From a virus (taxonomy: Duplodnaviria > Caudoviricetes): a DNA stretch of 64,000 bases. Each line of letters opens with the position of its first letter. The stretch's first letter is position 1. A model generated the notes under the pieces. It saw only the letters and a program-made list of their open reading frames with translations, did no database searches and had not been told where the DNA came from. Positions 1 through 8,837 of the stretch are shown one piece after another. The stretch spans positions 46,606 through 110,605 of the IMG/VR virus record IMGVR_UViG_3300042363_001351. The stretch is one strand, 5' to 3'. The translations under genes were made by a program, and so were the position numbers.

Positions 1-344
1 TTATAACTCTTGAAAACGTAATAAGTTATATTTCTACTATTGATAATGGTTCATTAGGATCTACCAGCATACAGCTCATAACAGATCTAATTACAAACTT
101 AGCTACTATAGATGATAGTAGTTTAATATCTAACCGTCTAATGAGTATCATTAACAGCTCTATTATTAATATTGGTAATATAGGTGACGGTAGTTTAATA
201 TCTAACCGTCTAATGAGTATCATTAATAGCTCTATTATTAATATAGGTACTATAGATGATAGTAGTTTAATATCTAACCGTCTAATGAGTATTATCGATA
301 TTATTAATTACATTACAAGTTTAGATGATGGCACCTTTGGGTAA
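1..344 (+). CDS. 3' end of a repeat-containing probable virion structural protein (starts before the window)
   Basis: The frame of track ORF 141..344 is open back to nt 3 (ITLENVISYISTIDNGSLG...). It has 24-aa repeats and ends LDDGTFG, like the IDGGxF tails of phage fibre proteins. Confidence 0.6.
   Translation, partial: ITLENVISYISTIDNGSLGSTSIQLITDLITNLATIDDSSLISNRLMSIINSSIINIGNIGDGSLISNRLMSIINSSIINIGTIDDSSLISNRLMSIIDIINYITSLDDGTFG
105..292 (+). repeat. 72-bp in-frame tandem repeat, about 2.6 copies
   Basis: AGTTTAATATCTAACCGTCTAATGAGT recurs at 120, 192 and 264. Confidence 0.9.
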
Positions 345-380
345 TATTTTTTATAAAGTTGAGTTATTTTAATAAAAGAC

Positions 381-388
381 AATAAATA
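381..388 (+). promoter_or_regulatory. T4-type late promoter (AATAAATA)
   Basis: TAAATA core 5 nt before ATG 394. Confidence 0.6.
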
Positions 389-393
389 TAAAC

Positions 394-1221
394 ATGAATA
401 TTAATTTATCAACGATAAATGGAATCTTAAGCGGGAATATAAACCTTGCTTCTGCTACCGTAAAATCGCTTTTAACTCTTGAAGACAACTCCCCGGTTAA
501 GAATTACCTCTCTGACTTTGCGAGCGGTACGATCAACTATATAAGTCAACCATTTATTACAGCTGTTAGCGCTAGTGGTGGTACTTATGGCTCTACTAAA
601 GGCGCTTATTTATCAGCTAACTCTTGCTTATTTACAAATATAACCTCTGACTATACTAGTCAGACTGTTTATCTATATAATTTCATTGACACTGGAGATC
701 CTGCAACCAGTAATATTATATCTTGGCAAAACTTTTACAGTCCTACAATTATTGGAGCTACCACATTTAAAATAAACGATGATAAGCTATTTAATTTAGT
801 AGATGGAAGCTATTCCTACAAGACACTTTATAGAGATTTCCGCTTAAATCTCATTAACAACAACATCGGCAATTTACAAAATTTAAACATAGGCTGCGCT
901 CTATTATCCTCATCCTACACACCTGATGTTCAACATGCATCCTTCGGTACTATATCTTCACATATTATTTCACAAGTAACAGTACCAGGAACTTATGTTA
1001 TTGATGGTGGTTTAAAATCTACACAAAACTATATTGAGTTTCCTGCAGGTACTGGTGTTATTAGTTCTGTAGTATTCTATGTTAGTAGTACAACTCCCGA
1101 AAACATTAAATTAATGGGGTACTATAATACAAGTAGCACTCTTTCACCTGCTACACTTACAGCTACAGGAAACGCATTATATGTCAAGCTATATCAAAAT
1201 ACTATTTTTGACTTAGCGTAA
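394..1221 (+). CDS. Putative virion structural (tail/baseplate-type) protein
   Basis: S/T/N/G-rich, beta-type composition; ALLSSSYTPD..H segment resembles phage tail proteins; late promoter upstream. Confidence 0.5.
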   Translation: MNINLSTINGILSGNINLASATVKSLLTLEDNSPVKNYLSDFASGTINYISQPFITAVSASGGTYGSTKGAYLSANSCLFTNITSDYTSQTVYLYNFIDTGDPATSNIISWQNFYSPTIIGATTFKINDDKLFNLVDGSYSYKTLYRDFRLNLINNNIGNLQNLNIGCALLSSSYTPDVQHASFGTISSHIISQVTVPGTYVIDGGLKSTQNYIEFPAGTGVISSVVFYVSSTTPENIKLMGYYNTSSTLSPATLTATGNALYVKLYQNTIFDLA

Positions 1222-1224
1222 CAA

Positions 1225-1467
1225 TTAAATTCTACCAAGTACTGCCTCAACGGTGAGATCATGCTTCATTGAGTGAAATCTCTCTTCTATGTATTTTTGA
1301 AACGCTAGAGGCTTGACCCAATCGTCTGTCTCCATACTTTCACCGAGCTCTTCATACTTTTTTGATACTTGCTCGATACCCTCTATGAGACAAGCCCATC
1401 TAGTAAGCTCATCAATACCCATCTCTTTTACTTGTCCGTTTTTTAGTTCAAATTTGAATTTGTTCAT
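1225..1467 (-). CDS. Hypothetical protein
   Basis: 80-aa ORF overlapping the upstream gene by 4 nt, with an AGGAACT promoter motif upstream. Confidence 0.7.
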   Translation of the reverse strand: MNKFKFELKNGQVKEMGIDELTRWACLIEGIEQVSKKYEELGESMETDDWVKPLAFQKYIEERFHSMKHDLTVEAVLGRI

Positions 1468-1877
1468 GCCTTATTATCCGAAAGTTCCTTTTCCTTTAAT
1501 TGATTAAAGACATTGGCAATGTTTAACGGTTCAGTGAGGAGAACAGTCTCGTAATTGAGTTCAACTTTAAATTGACTGCCGCACTTTTCACACAAAAACG
1601 AATTTTCAGTATTATAAAATACTGGAGCAGTAAATGTATTTTTACCGCAGGGACAGGAAATAGGTATGGTCTGTAAGTTTATTATTTCTTCACTAAGATT
1701 TGTCTCTTGTTCTTTTGATTCGTTTTTCTTGAGAGATAAAAAATAAAATCCTAAAAATTGTGCAATTACTGCACCAACAAATCCCTGCCAAAAACCTATA
1801 ACATCTTTCAATACAAACCCTATTCCAGAGCTAATTAATAAAGTAATACCTAACGAGAATGTTAATAACCTAAGCAT
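1464..1877 (-). CDS. Membrane protein with a zinc-ribbon domain
   Basis: Two N-terminal hydrophobic helices, then CPCG...CEKC. Confidence 0.65.
   Translation of the reverse strand: MLRLLTFSLGITLLISSGIGFVLKDVIGFWQGFVGAVIAQFLGFYFLSLKKNESKEQETNLSEEIINLQTIPISCPCGKNTFTAPVFYNTENSFLCEKCGSQFKVELNYETVLLTEPLNIANVFNQLKEKELSDNKA
1473..1489 (-). promoter_or_regulatory. AGGAACT-N4-GATAAT promoter motif
   Basis: Minus strand reads AGGAACT TTCG GATAAT AAGGC ATG. Confidence 0.55.
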
Positions 1878-1890
1878 ACTTTATTTTATA

Positions 1891-2220
1891 TTACAAATAA
1901 AGTTTATCAATACAATTAGATAAATCCATAGTTATTTTTTGCCCTATTTCGTCAATAATTTTTAACGAATCCTTAATAGCTTGCTTATTTCTTTTTGGCT
2001 CCTTTTCAGTTAAATTTAAACTTTTTTTAATTTCAAGTAACGATATATACATATCGCTTAAGTGCTCTTTTAGACTTTCGCTAGTAAAGGGAAGAGTTTT
2101 AGATGCTTTTTGATCTTGTTCCTCTTTTTGATGTACTTTGAATTGATTAGATATATCCATATTTAAATTAGGAGCAGCGTTAGATGCGTGGGTGGAGTAT
2201 GGATTTGTTGTACTATTCAT
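1891..2220 (-). CDS. Hypothetical late protein
   Basis: 109-aa ORF; CATAAATA on the minus strand at 2227-2234. Confidence 0.65.
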   Translation of the reverse strand: MNSTTNPYSTHASNAAPNLNMDISNQFKVHQKEEQDQKASKTLPFTSESLKEHLSDMYISLLEIKKSLNLTEKEPKRNKQAIKDSLKIIDEIGQKITMDLSNCIDKLYL

Positions 2221-2253
2221 TGTAAATATTTATGCAATTGAATAAATAATTGT

Positions 2254-2679
2254 ATGAGTAAGTTTGAAAATAGATTCTTTAAAGTGTTAAATGAACAAGA
2301 TGAAGATAGAGCGGCAATGCTCTCTACATTAGATAGAGATACAAATCCGGAAGATTTTGACACAGAGACTAATACACCTACCGATATTAACGATCCAAAT
2401 TCAGCAGTATCCAGAGCTTTATCAGAAAGAGAAGCAGCTATGGTTTCGCAGGTTCGCGAATGGGTTACAAGTATGGAGGAGTTTCTAGAGAACTTAAACG
2501 GTACAGAAAATTCTATTCAAACTGCACTAGCTAATGCTGAAGCAGATACACTATTAGATAAAATGAAGCAATCTGAGCAAAGAAAAATTGCGAGAGTTGC
2601 AACAGAACTAGCAGCTCTAGCTGAATCCTTTAAAGGCTTCTTAGCGCAGTCAAATAACTCGTCTTTAAAATACGTCTAA
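2254..2679 (+). CDS. Putative head-packaged protein
   Basis: N-terminus MSKFENRFFKVLNE; late promoter at 2241-2248. Confidence 0.6.
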   Translation: MSKFENRFFKVLNEQDEDRAAMLSTLDRDTNPEDFDTETNTPTDINDPNSAVSRALSEREAAMVSQVREWVTSMEEFLENLNGTENSIQTALANAEADTLLDKMKQSEQRKIARVATELAALAESFKGFLAQSNNSSLKYV

Positions 2680-3719
2680 CGTTTATTTTTAATATTTGCA
2701 AGTCTAATAATACCTTCGAGATTCTCGAAGGTATTTTTTTCTATAAATTCATGCCCCACTTCATTAATCTTACATGCAATGCATATATCATTAAAGTCTT
2801 TAAACTTTCTACCAAATTTCTCAGGCCATATAAAAACCTTTTCGCCATTCTTGAGTAATATTTCGCTCTTATTTAAAGAAGCGTCATCTATCCATTGACT
2901 ATCAAGTACCCATATTTTATCATACCACCTCAAAACTGTGTCTATTTGTTGTTGTTGTCTTTTAGTAAATGTAGCACTACCTCTATCAGTAATACCGGCG
3001 ACCGCTACACTATTTTTAGTAAAGAAAGCATTTAAAGGTCCCTCAAATATAAAGACACTCTTATAGCTTTCACTTATTCTATCTATATTAAATAGTGTTT
3101 TTTCAGCTCCTATCCTGGAGATATATTTTGGTCTTGATTTGTTATCACTTTGAACTACTGTTCTTGATTGATAAAACTCAATATCTTTATTTTCATTTAT
3201 AAAAGGGATTATTAATCTATTTTTATGCACTCTATCAACAAGCGATACATATAGCGAATCAGGTCTATTAACAGCCGTATTAAGTCTTCTAGATTCAATT
3301 AATTTAATACAAGCATTTACTATAGAATTAGTCTTATAAAACTCCACTTGAGTGAGATCACTTAAATTAATGGAGTCTTTCGGAAGGGTTTCAGTTTTAA
3401 TTTTAACTATTTCCTGCTCAGAAACCTCTATAACATCCTGTTCGTCTACATACTGCTTAATTTCATCTATAATTTCTGCATCAGTCTTTCCTGATACTTC
3501 CTTTACCCACTTTATGGGTTTACTAGACCATCCGCAGTTATGACAGAAAATATTATCATTTTTGGGTATATAATAACATCTACGCTTTTTACCTAAAGAG
3601 CCACCCTCTCTACATATGCAACAACCTCCCTGATATGTATTATTAAATTTATTGAATCTGGGTTGATATATATATTGAAAGAACTTACTAACTGTATACT
3701 CTTCAGGAATATTAATCAT
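2676..3719 (-). CDS. 61: DNA primase (T4 gp61-like)
   Basis: Zn finger CCIC...CHNCG; TOPRIM-like FEGP...VLDSQ; KDFND motif. Confidence 0.9.
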   Translation of the reverse strand: MINIPEEYTVSKFFQYIYQPRFNKFNNTYQGGCCICREGGSLGKKRRCYYIPKNDNIFCHNCGWSSKPIKWVKEVSGKTDAEIIDEIKQYVDEQDVIEVSEQEIVKIKTETLPKDSINLSDLTQVEFYKTNSIVNACIKLIESRRLNTAVNRPDSLYVSLVDRVHKNRLIIPFINENKDIEFYQSRTVVQSDNKSRPKYISRIGAEKTLFNIDRISESYKSVFIFEGPLNAFFTKNSVAVAGITDRGSATFTKRQQQQIDTVLRWYDKIWVLDSQWIDDASLNKSEILLKNGEKVFIWPEKFGRKFKDFNDICIACKINEVGHEFIEKNTFENLEGIIRLANIKNKR

Positions 3720-4588
3720 GTAAAAAGAGATTGTAGTTTATTTCTCAAGAAAAACAACGAATACCACGACTCCTTCTTTTTTAAAATTGCGTTAAAATTA
3801 CGCATATTACACTCATCAATAAATGCTGACCAATTAGCTTCAACGGGAGTATCTAATTGTTCTTGATAATACTTACATTCATCATCCATAGTCATAACTT
3901 TACCTAAGTTAAATAAACTAAAGTTCCTATCATAGATAGCCATTTGCTCCTCGTTTAAAAGAATCTCACCGTCAATCCATTTTTTAATTTTTGCTTTACC
4001 AAATTTTTCAATACCTGGTACGTTATCTGATTTATCACCCGTACAGCACTTAGCAGTCATCCAGTCACCTACATTAGGCCAGCCCGTCTCTTCTTCGAAA
4101 TTTACTACTGTATATTCCTTTTTACGGATAGGGTCGTAAAGTGTAGTATCTTGCTGCACGAGCTGCAGAAAGTCTCTATCAACAGATACAATTACTTTCT
4201 GACCTTGAGATTTATTACAGATATAAGAAATAATATCGTCTGCTTCAAGCTCTCTAGGAAAAATAGATGGAATTCCAAGATGACGAAGTATCAGCTTGAT
4301 AGCATTATTGTTTTGATGCGGTGTAATATCAGAGGATCTATTACCTTTATACTCACTAAATTGTGTCTTTCGCTCGTTTACTTGGTAGTCCGGTTTCTCA
4401 TCCCAGACGAAAATAGTATTATCAGAGTTAAATTTTGTAACGTATGAAAATACAGCGTTTAAAGTAAAATAAATGTGAAAGTTACTAACTTGATCGGGCG
4501 TATCGGTATTAGTGCGCTTCGATTGACTCTTCGCCGTCCAGAACGTTCGATGTATGAGGTTGTTCCCGTCTATTAATAGTTTTTTCAT
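3716..4588 (-). CDS. rnh: RNase H / 5'-3' flap exonuclease
   Basis: LIDGNN, YKGNR, EADD, SVDRDFLQL, GDKSDNVPGI motifs. Confidence 0.92.
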   Translation of the reverse strand: MKKLLIDGNNLIHRTFWTAKSQSKRTNTDTPDQVSNFHIYFTLNAVFSYVTKFNSDNTIFVWDEKPDYQVNERKTQFSEYKGNRSSDITPHQNNNAIKLILRHLGIPSIFPRELEADDIISYICNKSQGQKVIVSVDRDFLQLVQQDTTLYDPIRKKEYTVVNFEEETGWPNVGDWMTAKCCTGDKSDNVPGIEKFGKAKIKKWIDGEILLNEEQMAIYDRNFSLFNLGKVMTMDDECKYYQEQLDTPVEANWSAFIDECNMRNFNAILKKKESWYSLFFLRNKLQSLFT

Positions 4589-4832
4589 TTTTTGCGTATT
4601 GGGCTGTGGATGTCTTTAAAACGTAACTTGGAGCTCGCTCTACATATCTGAGTATATTATTGTTCCTTCCATGATCAAATATAATTTTAGGAACAACCCT
4701 ATTTACCATTTTAGGAATAGATAAAAAACAATAATCAACCGCTTCACTTTTAATATATATTAACATCTCACCAGCGTAAGTACCGGTATGAACTGCATAT
4801 ATATCTCCTAGAGTTAGTTTTTTACTGGCCAT
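4509..4832 (-). CDS. Hypothetical protein
   Basis: 107-aa ORF in the operon; its 3' end overlaps the rnh start. Confidence 0.6.
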   Translation of the reverse strand: MASKKLTLGDIYAVHTGTYAGEMLIYIKSEAVDYCFLSIPKMVNRVVPKIIFDHGRNNNILRYVERAPSYVLKTSTAQYAKNEKTINRREQPHTSNVLDGEESIEAH

Positions 4833-5127
4833 TTTCGTACATTAAATACGATATATATTTTATTGCAAGAGAAGAGAGAGCATCTTTTTCCATTGGAGTT
4901 TTAGCATGCTTTAAAATAATAGGCTTACCGTTAAGATCATAACCTATGACTACAAAATTTGTAAGAAACTCTTTTAATGTTGAAGCAAGAGCGTTTTCTA
5001 ATTGTATTTTTTTATTATATTTTTTCTTCCCCTCGTAATTATTTTTAAGCGCATCCTTAATAAGATCTTTTATATCCTCTTCAGAGAACATATTATCATC
5101 AGAGCTCATAATTATATTTAGTACCAC
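4822..5127 (-). CDS. Hypothetical protein
   Basis: Operonic ORF; true start probably a few codons downstream. Confidence 0.65.
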   Translation of the reverse strand: MVLNIIMSSDDNMFSEEDIKDLIKDALKNNYEGKKKYNKKIQLENALASTLKEFLTNFVVIGYDLNGKPIILKHAKTPMEKDALSSLAIKYISYLMYENGQ

Positions 5128-5437
5128 TATCTATTTGTGGAATACCTCTTTCAATAAGAGTTGTAACTACTACTTCAATAGAGGTAGTTTTAAGAGAAAA
5201 GTTTTTTGGGAATAATCTTCCACCATCGCTAAATTCAAACATTTTCTCACTCTTAAAATCTCTGTTTTCATAACATGTAACAAAAACTGAAGTATTACCT
5301 GGATCGATCATTACGGTCCATTTACGTGGATCAGACTGAGCATAATTATTACAAATCTTCCATACATTAAATCCGCTATCTTTAAGACGCTTTACAAAGT
5401 ACGAAAGAGTGGTAATTTTATTTTTATTAATATTCAT
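5099..5437 (-). CDS. Hypothetical protein
   Basis: Operonic 112-aa ORF with ATGA overlap with gp45. Confidence 0.7.
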   Translation of the reverse strand: MNINKNKITTLSYFVKRLKDSGFNVWKICNNYAQSDPRKWTVMIDPGNTSVFVTCYENRDFKSEKMFEFSDGGRLFPKNFSLKTTSIEVVVTTLIERGIPQIDSGTKYNYEL

Positions 5438-6168
5438 TGTGTGAGAGATGTTATAATATATTTTAATTTAATACTATTATTTAAGATATCAATAACGGTT
5501 ACACCGTATTCTGTGTTAATACCGAAATTTATATCTTCATTAATAAAAGACAATAATTTAATATTATCAAAGTTTAGAGGTAGAGGAGATAGTTCAAAAT
5601 TCACCTCTCCTAGATCAATAGCAAAAACATCAGTATTATGTCTTGCTCTATCTGTTAATTCACCCTTTAACCTACCACTTTCGGTATAGAGATATAGCTT
5701 GTTAGTCTCTGACGCAAAAGTACTACCTTTAATAATTGAGTTAATTGTATCTTTCTTAAGAGTAAACTTAACGTTGTAGTTAAAGCTTTTAATCTTATCT
5801 ATATTGATAGACGGCTTAGTTAAAAAGCCATCTTCATAAAGATGATATTTAAACTTTAGTGATTTACCTTTATATTCTATATTGTTAGAGTTAACAAACA
5901 GGCTAACGTCCTTTGTATCAATCGAATCTACAACTCTAGTAAGTTTCTTAATATCAGGAATATTAATACTACCATTATAGTTTACGTCTATATTTGACAG
6001 TTCGCTATATAATATAAGAGTATTATCTGCTGAAGATATTAGTGAGGATATTAAACCAAGATCTTGATTTGCGTTTAATATAGTCGACTCGTTTATTTTC
6101 GAGATCGCCTCTAGGTACTTGATGCAGTCAATCCGATTTGGAAGCTTTAGTTCTCTTTGGTTTGCCAT
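5434..6168 (-). CDS. 45: Sliding clamp (gp45-like)
   Basis: 244 aa; AISKINES, INIPDIKKL and terminal LKYIITS patterns match gp45; replication context. Confidence 0.75.
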   Translation of the reverse strand: MANQRELKLPNRIDCIKYLEAISKINESTILNANQDLGLISSLISSADNTLILYSELSNIDVNYNGSINIPDIKKLTRVVDSIDTKDVSLFVNSNNIEYKGKSLKFKYHLYEDGFLTKPSINIDKIKSFNYNVKFTLKKDTINSIIKGSTFASETNKLYLYTESGRLKGELTDRARHNTDVFAIDLGEVNFELSPLPLNFDNIKLLSFINEDINFGINTEYGVTVIDILNNSIKLKYIITSLTQ

Positions 6169-6556
6169 TCTGTTTTTCTAGTATATCACCTATTCTAGCT
6201 AAGTTCAAGTTAATTTCTTTTAGAATATCAACTATATCATTATTATGAGGTGCTGGTTTAAATTCCTCTACTGGTGTTACATGTGATTGTTCCACTACAG
6301 CAGGTTCCTGAATGGGTTGAACAGGCTCTATAACAGGCTGTATAGGAGGTTCAATATATTGCTGTGGTGGAGCTTGTTGCATCTCAGCCTGTACAGGAAT
6401 ACGCAAAGCCTGTTCAAACTGATGCTGTATGTTAGGACTTACCGGTTTAACAAATTGCGAGCTACCCACAATCATCTGATCGGTTTGTTTAGCTTGCGCG
6501 TGTACAGTTCCGAAAAACTGTACTAACGCGCGCTGTTCATCTGGAGTCATGTTCAT
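6128..6556 (-). CDS. Hypothetical Q/P-rich protein
   Basis: 142-aa ORF with a low-complexity middle, downstream of gp32. Confidence 0.65.
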   Translation of the reverse strand: MNMTPDEQRALVQFFGTVHAQAKQTDQMIVGSSQFVKPVSPNIQHQFEQALRIPVQAEMQQAPPQQYIEPPIQPVIEPVQPIQEPAVVEQSHVTPVEEFKPAPHNNDIVDILKEINLNLARIGDILEKQNGKPKRTKASKSD

Positions 6557-7397
6557 AGATCCTTAAGAAGCTCGTCAATATCATCATCAATAGAACTCTC
6601 TACCTGTACAGAATCAGTCTGTTTTGTAAAGGTTGGAATTGGTGCACTATCGTAAGAGTCATGCTTCACTTCCGTTTAGATTTAGTATTCTTGACATAGA
6701 AGTGCTCATCAAGCATCTGCTTCAATTCGTCATAAGACTTAAGAGTATAGACTTTAGCAAGATCGAAGACACTATCGTAAATCTTCTTTTGTTCATCATC
6801 GCTAAGATTCAACTTACCAGCAGAGGTAAAGCGTGAAGAGACATAGGTAGGATATTCGCCTTGATTCTCACACTTAATTTTAAAATTAACTCCATTAGCT
6901 CCAAGATCAAAAATTCGTGGACCGAACTCTTCAGCATCCTCACCTTCAATAGCCTCCATAATAATTTTATGAACTTGTTTACCGTAACGAAGCATCTTAA
7001 CCTTGCCGTTATTATCAGGATTGGTTGGATCGTCAATTACATATACATTAACGAGATACTTCTCGAGTCGCTTAATAGCTTTAACCTTCTCCTTTTCATC
7101 TTCAGTACCTGTACGAAGAATGCGGAATCTCTCCTCAGCGATTGGATCTCTTTCACCGAAGGTCATAGGAGATAGAGACTGAACGTACTGTCCTGTCGCG
7201 AAGGATACCCATCCATGGTTGAAGTAGTGGAAGAATGTATTCTTAGGATCTTTTGCAAATGGTAGCAATCTCACAGTGTAGGTATTACCAGGAGTAGTTT
7301 TTAGGATTTCAGTATAAGTTGCAGTATTGTTTTCGCTATCGTTTTTTGATAGTGCATCTTTAATGGATTGAAACATTGACGTGTTAAATGTACTCAT
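6553..7397 (-). CDS. 32: ssDNA-binding protein gp32, apparently frameshifted near 6675
   Basis: VRLLP, NVYVIDDPTNPDNNGKV, YGKQ, IFDL..G.NFKIK motifs. The acidic tail SIDDDIDELLKDL lies in the -1 frame and ends at 6553; the track ORF stops at 6666. Confidence 0.9.
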
Positions 7398-7420
7398 AAT
7401 TTTATTGTTTGTTATATGTT

Positions 7421-8086
7421 CTATTTTAGGCTCGTTATTTTACTTTTCAACAATTGTTTTTCGATTATTGAAAACGCTTCTCTTATTACATTTTTCAACC
7501 GAGTTGATCGTTGAAAATTAACTCTAGTCTCATTTAGTAAATTTTGAAAGTTTGACACAAAAAAATCTAATAATTCTGCTTCTACCTGTCTAATGGTTTT
7601 GTCGCATTGCAGGCCGTGAATTATATAGAAGTTAATTTTATGCTCTCTTAAGTGCTGAACTACTATAGGTGTTGTACCGTTAATATTTGTCTTATATTCT
7701 TGAAGAGTTAGATTATTTTCTCTACAATATCTATATATAAACGAACAGCACTCTTTACATCTATTAATGGTATTCTCACTATCTGGATCTTGCGTTTCCC
7801 TTTTCTTTTGATATAAGGAATAACACTTTAAAGCTTTCGATGTGAGATAGTAATGTAAATCAAAGTAATTTTCCGTTCCGTAATAATCATAAGGAGCTGT
7901 AAAGAAGTCTATCTGCCTTATATTATTGTTTTTCTCAAAAAAGATGCTTAGTTTTTTAAGTGTGGTGTAGGATTGATCATCGAGAGAGCTAAAGTCTTGT
8001 CTTAGTTTAAACGGCTTGTTTTTTATTGTTCTGCCTGCGATAAGGTATGAGTTATAAATAGCTTTCTCTTTTTCTGTTAAAGGCAT
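7421..8086 (-). CDS. Hypothetical protein, possibly gp59-like helicase loader
   Basis: 221 aa, basic and aromatic, immediately upstream of gp32 as gp59 is in T4. Synteny and size only. Confidence 0.4.
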   Translation of the reverse strand: MPLTEKEKAIYNSYLIAGRTIKNKPFKLRQDFSSLDDQSYTTLKKLSIFFEKNNNIRQIDFFTAPYDYYGTENYFDLHYYLTSKALKCYSLYQKKRETQDPDSENTINRCKECCSFIYRYCRENNLTLQEYKTNINGTTPIVVQHLREHKINFYIIHGLQCDKTIRQVEAELLDFFVSNFQNLLNETRVNFQRSTRLKNVIREAFSIIEKQLLKSKITSLK

Positions 8087-8373
8087 CTTCGTTTATTACT
8101 ATTAATATATTTCGTTATATATTTGCTTTTAGTTATGGTAGGATCATACTCTAAAAATATTTTAACTATTTCATAGTTAGAATCAACTCCTAAAAGATCT
8201 TTTAATATAACGCGCAGTTTTTCATCTTGTAAAATTAAAATAAAAACATTCTGCAATGATAGTTTCTTACCCTTTAGTAGTGTACAGAAAGAGCAAAAAG
8301 ATAATAGTATATGCTCACTTTCTCTATCTATTATATCTTGCGACGGATTAATTGTAGTGGTTTTTATGAACAT
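8077..8373 (-). CDS. Hypothetical protein
   Basis: 98-aa operonic ORF. Confidence 0.6.
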   Translation of the reverse strand: MFIKTTTINPSQDIIDRESEHILLSFCSFCTLLKGKKLSLQNVFILILQDEKLRVILKDLLGVDSNYEIVKIFLEYDPTITKSKYITKYINSNKRRCL

Positions 8374-8807
8374 TTGATGAATTTCTTTGTTAGGTTAATA
8401 AAACTATCTGTTAGCTTTCCTGCTGCAAGAACATCTGTCGATTCATCGCACTCCCCGTCGCTTAAAATTTGTGCAAGCTTGCATAGATCAATTTTACATG
8501 TTATATTATTTTTCTTAAAAATAATTCTTCGCTCTGTTAGTATTACAATTATTGCGATATCAGCGCCGTAATTGTTAATCATCCTCGAATGAAGTTCTTC
8601 ATAAAATCCTTCCGCGAAACAGCTTACTACCTTATATTCTTTTATAGTACCGGCAAAGAAATTAGTATTATCAATTACATCTTTATATTTAGAAATATAA
8701 AGTTTTATTTCATTGAGCTCTTCAACACTAAAATCACGCTTACCAGAACGGTAATCTTTAATATTAGACTTTAATTTATTATTCGTATAATAATCAAAAA
8801 TTTTCAC
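8364..8807 (-). CDS. Degenerate DHHA1-like domain protein
   Basis: C-terminal RIIFKK...IDLCKLAQILSDG....LAAG resembles DHHA1 without GGGH. Confidence 0.4.
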   Translation of the reverse strand: MKIFDYYTNNKLKSNIKDYRSGKRDFSVEELNEIKLYISKYKDVIDNTNFFAGTIKEYKVVSCFAEGFYEELHSRMINNYGADIAIIVILTERRIIFKKNNITCKIDLCKLAQILSDGECDESTDVLAAGKLTDSFINLTKKFIKCS

Positions 8808-8837
8808 TGCATCTATTTATTAGTGAAGGGAACTTTA

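Noticed and set aside
105-292. Direct repeats resembling a mini CRISPR array
   Set aside because: The period is 72 nt (a multiple of 3), the intervening sequence is also repeated, it lies in an open frame, and no cas genes are present.
6666-6690. Canonical programmed -1 frameshift signal in gp32
   Set aside because: No X XXY YYZ heptamer at the required position; kept only as an unexplained frameshift.
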